Virus record (IMG/VR): IMGVR_UViG_3300020192_000008
Location: 32,001-96,000 of that record
From: a virus
Strand: one strand, 5' to 3'
DNA: 64,000 nt
In this document: piece by piece, positions 58,093-64,000 of the stretch
How the letters are laid out: each line of letters opens with the position of its first letter
How positions within the stretch are numbered: position 1 is the stretch's first letter
The notes under the pieces: generated by a model
What the model saw: the letters and a program-made list of their open reading frames with translations, nothing else
Database searches by the model: none
Told to the model about the DNA's origin: nothing
Translations under genes and position numbers: made by a program

Positions 58093-58150
58093 GGAGCTAG
58101 AAAAGAAGAAGGGCGGGTCTCTTACGAGGCCCGCCCTTTTCTTTAGCTCC
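58093..58150. terminator. Bidirectional intrinsic terminator
   Basis: AAGGGCGGGTCTC/GAGGCCCGCCCTT stem, with U-rich tails ending TAGCTCC on both strands. Confidence 0.85.
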
Positions 58151-58156
58151 TGCTTA

Positions 58157-58459
58157 TCAGGGCAGGTGAATCTCTTCGACGATCTCCCCCGCTGCGTTGA
58201 CCTTGTGCCAGACGGGGCAGAACCTCGGCCTTGCATGCCCGTCTGGCCAGGTCACGAACTCGTAGAACTCTGAGAGCTCTCTCACATACTCGGGGCTCAC
58301 GAGCTCGTCGTTGATCGCAAGATACCTGACCATGGTCGTGTACCCTGCCCCGTTGGTAGCGTTCTTCACAGCACCGAGGACGAGGTAGTACTCGCCCTTC
58401 TTGTGCTTGTGCAGGCCCTTGATGGGCATCTCTACTTCAAGGGTCTTGTCGTGTTCCAT
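58157..58459 (-). CDS. DUF1653-like small protein
   Basis: G.HKH.KG..Y.V.G......MV.Y...YVR...EF...RF pattern. Confidence 0.65.
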   Translation of the reverse strand: MEHDKTLEVEMPIKGLHKHKKGEYYLVLGAVKNATNGAGYTTMVRYLAINDELVSPEYVRELSEFYEFVTWPDGHARPRFCPVWHKVNAAGEIVEEIHLP

Positions 58460-58466
58460 TGTACTT

Positions 58467-60395
58467 CTATCTGACCGGGCAGGCACCCCCGGCGCAATCG
58501 TCGATGTCCAGTGTACCATCACGGGTCAACGTGGCTGTAGTGTCGATACCCCGGCTGAGTTCTTCAAACCGAGAACGGCTGATGCTCTCGTACGGCGGCT
58601 GGGTGTAGCCGTGCTCTGTCGGAAGAACTGACGTGCTCTTCAGACGAGGCGCGTACTCACGCAGACAATCCGCAAGCTCCTTGGGATTGTCTTTGTTGAA
58701 CGAGATGGTGCTCGAGACAGCGTTGTCAGCCCAGTTGTCCTGGACCATGAGCTGCCTCTGGAACTGGTCCTTCACTGTCTCTGTCTGCACCGTGATGCGC
58801 GTGTGCTTGGCTTTCATGGGGAACATGAAGGCAAGCGTGCGACCGCTCTTGTCGTAGTTGCAGTACTCGAACGGCACGCCTGCCTCGACCAGAGCCACGG
58901 CCATCGCATCGTTCTGAGCGATGCGCGTACGACGGATGTAGTACTCATCGAAGGGGGCGTGCAGCCCGGGGGAGCTGCCGTTGAGCAGGCTGATGGTGCC
59001 CGAGGGCTTGACCGTGGTGACCGTCAGAGGCCGAGCTACCCCGAGGCTGTCGGCGTAGCTGTTGGCCTCTTCACGGACCACGCGGAAGTAACGCTGCAGA
59101 ACCTCAGCTGAGCAGGGGAAGTCGCAGATGCCCCCGATGCCCACGCCGATCCTCATGTTCTTGGTGCGGGTAGCTTCCGCCCTGGGCTCGTGCAGCACGT
59201 CGAGGCGCTGACGAATGCAGTAGCGAGCCACCAACTTGAATACATCTTCCACTGGCACAGAGCCGTCGCACATAGCCGGGAAGACCTCGGCCAGGTTGCA
59301 CGCCTCGAAGTCGTGGAGCAGCTGCTCGCCGCAGGGGTTGACCCCCATGGCCTCAGGGTCTGTCAGACGGCCCAGCACCAGGTTGAGGATGCCAGGCTCG
59401 CCGAAGCTGATGTTGTCGTTGACCAGGTTGTCCCAGTTGAAGTTGTCGAACTCGCTCCACTTGCGAAACACGAGCGAGTTGTTCGACGTATGACGGTGGC
59501 TCTCCACCGCCTTCCAGTCCTTCTTCGCGTCCCTGAACTCCTGGTCGTGTGGGTCACCCAGAGCGATGAGCGCGGACCTACGAACGTTGCCGCTCTTGAT
59601 GCACTTGCCGATGTGGTTGGTGACATCGAGGCAGTCGACTGAGCTCATCTTCCTGCCGGCTGCTGACCTCACGATAGCCCACACAGCCCGCAGCAGCTCG
59701 ACCAGGGGCCCAGGGCCCGAGGCGATGCCGCCGAAGGTCTTGATGAGCGAGCCACGGCACCGAACGTAGGAGACGTCGATGAACAGCGGCTTGCCCTCGA
59801 AGGCGTGCTTGAGGGTGAGAAGAAGGGCGTGCACCCAGCCCTGCCTCGAGTCGTCGACGAAGTAGTGGTTGTCCGGGTGCTTGGCAAGCTGCAGCTCGCC
59901 TTCCGTCTCGTTGGTATCCGGGTTCACTTCAACGAAGTCACCATGAGACTTCGAGCAGTGAACAGAGAGCTCAACAGCGTTGTTAGAGACGTATGGCAGA
60001 AGACCAATGTCCCCCAGGCCCACACCTACGCCGCCACCGAGCATGAGCATCTCAGCGACCCAGCCCCAGTCGTTGTAGTCGCGGATGGTCGCGTACCAGC
60101 AGTTGTAGCGAGCAGCCGCAGGGATGCCCGGCACGCCACCCGTCCACAGACCACGACCCGGAGGCAGGCCTTGCATCGTCCAGAAGACATGGAACAGAAG
60201 CTCCATCTCCTTCTGCGTTACCGAGGGATCGAGAGCGCAGTTGCCGATGACACAACGAAGTATCGTATCGGACCACACCTCCTTGTTCCTCGAGTACTTG
60301 TTCATGTACGTACTGCGGCTCATGAGATTCGGGAAGCAATCGCCGCGCTTGTAGTACGGCGCCAGAAACTCTTGAGTCAGACCCTTGGTGGCCAT
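58467..60395 (-). CDS. nrdJ: Class II (adenosylcobalamin-dependent) ribonucleotide reductase, monomeric type
   Basis: PPGRGLW, YNC, MLGGGVG, GNVRRSA, NPCGEQ, TTVKPSGT and C-terminal CAGGACP. Confidence 0.9.
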   Translation of the reverse strand: MATKGLTQEFLAPYYKRGDCFPNLMSRSTYMNKYSRNKEVWSDTILRCVIGNCALDPSVTQKEMELLFHVFWTMQGLPPGRGLWTGGVPGIPAAARYNCWYATIRDYNDWGWVAEMLMLGGGVGVGLGDIGLLPYVSNNAVELSVHCSKSHGDFVEVNPDTNETEGELQLAKHPDNHYFVDDSRQGWVHALLLTLKHAFEGKPLFIDVSYVRCRGSLIKTFGGIASGPGPLVELLRAVWAIVRSAAGRKMSSVDCLDVTNHIGKCIKSGNVRRSALIALGDPHDQEFRDAKKDWKAVESHRHTSNNSLVFRKWSEFDNFNWDNLVNDNISFGEPGILNLVLGRLTDPEAMGVNPCGEQLLHDFEACNLAEVFPAMCDGSVPVEDVFKLVARYCIRQRLDVLHEPRAEATRTKNMRIGVGIGGICDFPCSAEVLQRYFRVVREEANSYADSLGVARPLTVTTVKPSGTISLLNGSSPGLHAPFDEYYIRRTRIAQNDAMAVALVEAGVPFEYCNYDKSGRTLAFMFPMKAKHTRITVQTETVKDQFQRQLMVQDNWADNAVSSTISFNKDNPKELADCLREYAPRLKSTSVLPTEHGYTQPPYESISRSRFEELSRGIDTTATLTRDGTLDIDDCAGGACPVR

Positions 60396-60568
60396 CAGAA
60401 CCTCGCTGCGCAGAGACAGAAAAGCCGGGCATGGGCGTGGGAACCCAGCACGGCTCAGTGAATGATGCGGACTACTGCCTACCCCTCCCCCGTCCGTTTG
60501 CCGCGAGACGAGGGGAGAGACAGGAAGAAGCCCATCACGGTATCAGGCTAGCATGGGGTGTCTACCCC

Positions 60569-61183
60569 TCACGAAACCTTGCCCGTACGCACAGGTTCTT
60601 CTGCAGCCTTCTCATCGGGCTTTATGCGGGCGTGCGTGATGCCACGCTGCCCCTGATATTTGCCCTTGCGGTCTGCGTACGAAGTCCGTGGCTGTTCTCC
60701 CTCGAAGAAGAGCACCTGCATGATGCCTTCGCCCGGGTAGACCCGCACAGGGAGCCTCGTCCCGTTGGAGATTTCGATGGTGATGTGGCCCTCCCAGCCA
60801 GCCTCGAGCGGCGTCACGTTCACGTGGATGCCACAACGTGCGTAGGTGCTCTTACCGACGCACACCCCCGTCACGTTGCGAGGCATCTTGATGTACTCAA
60901 GGCTCGACGTCAGCGCGTAGCTGTTCGGAGGGATCTTGATGTAGTTCCCCTTCGAGGCCGTAACGGTACGGCACTGAAAGCAACCCGGATCGATGTTCTT
61001 CGGGTCGATCTCCCCGCAGTAGATGTCGGTGAAGATCTGCCAGTCTTGGCTTGCACGGATGTCGTAGCCGAAGCTGGTCTGCCCGTAGGAGATGACGCCT
61101 GCTTCGCAGAGGCCATCGTGGTAGGGCTCGATCATCTTCTGTTCGAGCGCCATCTTCTTGATCCAGTCGTCGTTCTTGATCAT
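60569..61183 (-). CDS. dcd: dCTP deaminase
   Basis: ISYG..SFGYD, GKSTYARCG, TPLEAGWEG, YPGEG..Q and KYQGQ. Confidence 0.93.
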   Translation of the reverse strand: MIKNDDWIKKMALEQKMIEPYHDGLCEAGVISYGQTSFGYDIRASQDWQIFTDIYCGEIDPKNIDPGCFQCRTVTASKGNYIKIPPNSYALTSSLEYIKMPRNVTGVCVGKSTYARCGIHVNVTPLEAGWEGHITIEISNGTRLPVRVYPGEGIMQVLFFEGEQPRTSYADRKGKYQGQRGITHARIKPDEKAAEEPVRTGKVS

Positions 61184-61193
61184 GGCGTGTTCT

Positions 61194-61547
61194 TCACGGT
61201 GGGAGGAAATATCTGACGCATGAAACCCGGCGTATTGAGGCGTTACACCTTCTGATGAGGTCAGCAGAGGCTGTAGCAAGAGCATCTCTTTCTAGTCGAG
61301 ACTCCTCTTTCAAACGAGGGATCTCGTACTCGATGTACATGCTCCAAGCGTAGGCCAGTCGCTCTTGGAACTTGTCGATCGTCTTCTGGGGGACGCCGTA
61401 GCCACCGTTGAGGATGGCGGTGATCGTACTCCAGTTCAGGCGCAGGATTCGGTTGAGGCGATAGTCGCCGGCGACACCGTGGACGAACGTGAGCGTTCTG
61501 TACGTCTTGAACAGGTTCTTACAGGTGACCTTGTCGAGCTTTCTCAA
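61194..61547 (-). CDS. Hypothetical protein, possible HTH
   Basis: 117-aa ORF in the operon; TTG start uncertain. Confidence 0.4.
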   Translation of the reverse strand: MRKLDKVTCKNLFKTYRTLTFVHGVAGDYRLNRILRLNWSTITAILNGGYGVPQKTIDKFQERLAYAWSMYIEYEIPRLKEESRLERDALATASADLIRRCNASIRRVSCVRYFLPP

Positions 61548-61759
61548 TCGAGCACCAGGGGAATGTGAGATGGCTTGGGGAAGTGGGAGATCCCCTTCAC
61601 AATCTCTTCAACGTATTGAAGAGACATCTTGGACATGCGCTTGCGGATGCGCTCTGCCGTTCTTGAGCTGATACCACCAAGTGGTCTCTCATCCTCTTGA
61701 GGAGAGCCTGCTCATAGTCGTAGAGCCGTCCTTGCCAGGGCTTGAGCTTCTTGGTCATG

Positions 61760-62113
61760 TAAGAAGGAGTTCACATCAGGGAAGCTGGGGTTGATCTTCG
61801 TGCCCGCGAATGAGTACTTCAAACCTTCTTCGATGACCCAGATGCTCAGGTCACCCAGCGCCTTGCGGATCTTGTAGAGACTCGACTTGCTCACCCCGTT
61901 GTTAGGTCCGTGATACCCCCGGGCCATCTCGAGGGTGATGGGCTGAATCTTGTACCGGTAGGTGAACTCGTAATAGGGACTGCCGCCAAGCTTCTTGATG
62001 GCCTCCCAGAGCTTCTCGTACGTCTCCTTGTCTTCGGCGCTGAGCCGGTACTTCTGCGAAGGCTTCACCTTCTTGGTGCCTTCGTAGAACCTGCGCAGTC
62101 TTCGGAGGCTCAT
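61760..62113 (-). CDS. Hypothetical basic protein; ends at TTA (61760-61762)
   Basis: ATGA-coupled start. The in-frame TTA is followed 1 nt later by ATG of a short ORF (MTKKLKPWQG...). Confidence 0.5.
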
Positions 62114-62319
62114 GGCATGGCTTTCCGAGCGTGAGGTTTGATGCGAGCTACTAGCTCAGCCCCCACTGTTGTACCGCTTTCTATCGAAGACCTGCGGGCC
62201 TCTGCAACGAGCTGTTCTACCTGCTGCAGACACCACTGGTAGGCGGGCTTTTCATACGCCCCGTCCTCGGCGATGGTCCGCTGTACGTGCCGTGCGTAAG
62301 CACGAAACTCGTGGGCCAT
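62110..62319 (-). CDS. Small hypothetical protein (MAHEFRAY...)
   Basis: 69 aa; C-terminal portion of the 243-aa track ORF. Confidence 0.5.
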   Translation of the reverse strand: MAHEFRAYARHVQRTIAEDGAYEKPAYQWCLQQVEQLVAEARRSSIESGTTVGAELVARIKPHARKAMP

Positions 62320-62866
62320 TGTGCTTCGCGTAGTAGATGACGTCCTTCCAGTCGCCGGTACGGAAGTAGTCCGTCTCGGCGTTGTACGGCTGCGCCCAGA
62401 CGATGCCGAGGCCATCAGGATGGTGGTCCATCCACTCGATGATGTGGCTCTCCTTGTCGTCAACGAGGATGTCCCCCTTGCAGACGTACTTGGCGTGGGT
62501 CTGGATGACCTTGTTCTGGCGGAAGCCGAAGTGCTTGTAGAGCCACTCGCCCCGCTCGTACGCCCAGTGCCGGCTGCTGTGAGGGGCCGTGACCACGTAG
62601 ACGTCAGCCACCTCAAGCAGCTTGGGGATGCCCTCGAGTGCGGCCTGGTAGGGCTCGATGCCAAGGACCACACCAGGCGTCTCGTGGATGTAGCCCCAGA
62701 AGTCCTTCTCGATGAGGTCCCCGTGCTTGCTGAACAGGTCCCACATGTCGAGCTCCTCTTCCTTGAGCTCCTTGCCCGTCTTCTCGGAGATCCATCCAAG
62801 GGCAAGCTTGACGAAGTTCGCCAGCACACCATCACAGTCAACCAGCACGCGCTTACGTGGTCCCAT
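62297..62866 (-). CDS. HAD-family 5'(3')-deoxyribonucleotidase; ends at TTA
   Basis: DCDGVL, VVTAP, W...HF, K....GDILVDD and PYN motifs; AAGGAG RBS. Confidence 0.85.
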
Positions 62867-62954
62867 CTTCAACTCCTTCTCCCAGCTTCTCTAGCTCGGC
62901 TTTCGCATCATCCATCTCTCGCTGAAACCACGGCTTGCTGTTTTCATCCGCCAT
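62853..62954 (-). CDS. Small acidic peptide (33 aa) starting in a TTATG overlap
   Basis: AAGGAG RBS 5 nt upstream; MADENSKPWFQREMDDAKAELEKLGEGVEDGTT; TAA stop. Confidence 0.55.
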   Translation of the reverse strand: MADENSKPWFQREMDDAKAELEKLGEGVEDGTT

Positions 62955-64000
62955 AACGACTCCTTGATGAGTGCGAAGTTGTGTTCACCGGGGATGGTCT
63001 TGCGATGCTGGACCCACCCCTGGACATTGCCCAGGAAGTGCGTGCAACGATCGACGTCTATCCACGCCTTGTTGAGCTCATCCCACTCGTAGACGGGCTG
63101 GTAGAACATCTCGAGCTCCTTCTCCGTCATGGGCCTGCACGGGTGCTCGAGGGGGCTCATGTGCCCAGGCTTCACGAGCCTGTCGTAGAGCTCGAGGTCC
63201 TTGGAGATGTCGCGCTTGCCATCGTGGGCGAGGGCAGAGACGCGGGCGCAGCGGGCTGCGGAGACCTTCACCAGCTCAAGCCGTACCTCAGTCGTCGTGT
63301 CGCTCCAGGAGTAGTAGCTTGCGTCGCCACCGTCGACGTACGGCAGGTGCCACTCACCGTGCTTGAGCTGCTTGGGCTCGCTCTTGTCGTAGACATCCTT
63401 CATCATCCCCGCGACCATCTGCATCTCGGGTTGAGCGTTGGGGTCGCAACGCAGGGCGAAGAAGTTGTCCCACTCGGTCGCGGTACAGATCACAGTCTGC
63501 CAGCCCCACGGCTCGAGCAGGCGGTTGGCATGCTGCTTGTGTACAGCGAGGTTGAACAGGCCCTGAGCTGCACGGACGCACGCATCAAGCGCATCCGTCC
63601 AGTGCTTGGACGCTTCGTGGTTGGAGAGCTCGCTCATGACCTCGGTTGCCTGCATCCCCTTCTGGTTCTTGGTGAAGGCGATGGGTACGAAGGGGTTGGC
63701 CTTGACGCGCTCGATGTTCTTCTCGACGGGGATGGCCCTCGAGGAAGCTGAGTTACGGCTGTTGTGCACGACGACCCCATTCGCGAGGAAGTTGGGGTAC
63801 TTCCCCACGATCTCGAGGTCGTAGGTTGGCTCTTGGCCCCGCGAGACGATCTCGTCGATCCGTGCGAGAGACCCGTACAGATACGTGCCGCCCTGCCAGC
63901 CCTGCTTCTCGTGCATCGCGCAGTGGCAGTCGTCGCACAAGAGCGTGACGTTAGTCTCTTCCAGAGCCAGAGAAGGATCCTGATGCACCGGAACGACGTG
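62954..64000 (-). CDS. thyX: Flavin-dependent thymidylate synthase, C-terminal part with intein; ends at TTA
   Basis: SRNSASSRAIP, HKQ.ANRLLEP, NFF.LR....AQPE, SAARCARVS and H.SPLEH motifs; 5' end lies beyond the window. Confidence 0.82.
63761..64000 (-). mobile_element. C-terminal part of an HNH-containing intein in ThyX
   Basis: H..PV...N..LLC..CH...H HNH motif, then TYDLEI...NFLANGVVVHN|S splice junction. Confidence 0.85.

Noticed and set aside
61545-61758. Possible TGA readthrough or frameshifted gene in this interval
   Set aside because: All three minus frames give partly plausible peptides and no signal picks one, so it is left uncalled apart from noting the ATG at 61758.
9233-62956. 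Streptomyces bldA-style regulation by rare TTA-Leu codons
   Set aside because: bldA-dependent TTAs lie within coding regions. Here they lie only at gene ends and the downstream frames look non-coding. Conditional readthrough cannot be fully excluded.
1-64000. Many long antisense or alternate-frame ORFs in the track (e.g. 8151-9251 +, 14321-15475 +, 20625-21923 +, 26340-27353 +, 53288-54202 -)
   Set aside because: These are shadow ORFs expected from high GC3 codon bias. They lie wholly opposite motif-bearing genes and show no recognisable motifs.
1-64000. TAG or TGA stop-to-sense recoding (codes 15/4/25) as in other large phages
   Set aside because: Conserved genes are uninterrupted and end properly at TGA, TAG and TAA, including TGATG/ATGA couplings.

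Overview
This window is a 64 kb internal segment of a large, GC-rich (about 60% by eye) tailed dsDNA phage genome. I saw no host housekeeping genes, tRNAs or integrase. The minus strand carries the virion module: tail sheath start, neck and tail-completion candidates, major capsid protein, scaffold/internal-protein candidates, prohead protease, intein-containing large terminase, baseplate spike, portal and a 2126-aa single-chain beta-beta' RNA polymerase. The plus strand carries a MoxR/VWA operon and a replication-recombination block: SF2 helicase, divergent UDG, DnaB, primase, SSB candidate, PolA with mini-intein, HU, RecA, resolvases, a Cas4-like nuclease and KilA-N. The right end is a minus-strand nucleotide-metabolism block (class II RNR, dCTP deaminase, HAD nucleotidase, ThyX with HNH intein). 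The main discovery is that TTA (normally Leu) appears to act as a fourth stop codon. Twelve genes have an in-frame TTA where the protein should end, four of them as TTATG stop/start overlaps, and my manual scan found no in-frame TTA inside any credible gene body. Further signals are a -1 frameshift cassette, a pervasive K-x-A motif in head proteins, an out-of-frame HNH remnant inside the PolA intein, a TAGCT terminator tail and a candidate GG(C/G)ATAA promoter. All product names come from manual motif recognition, not database searches.
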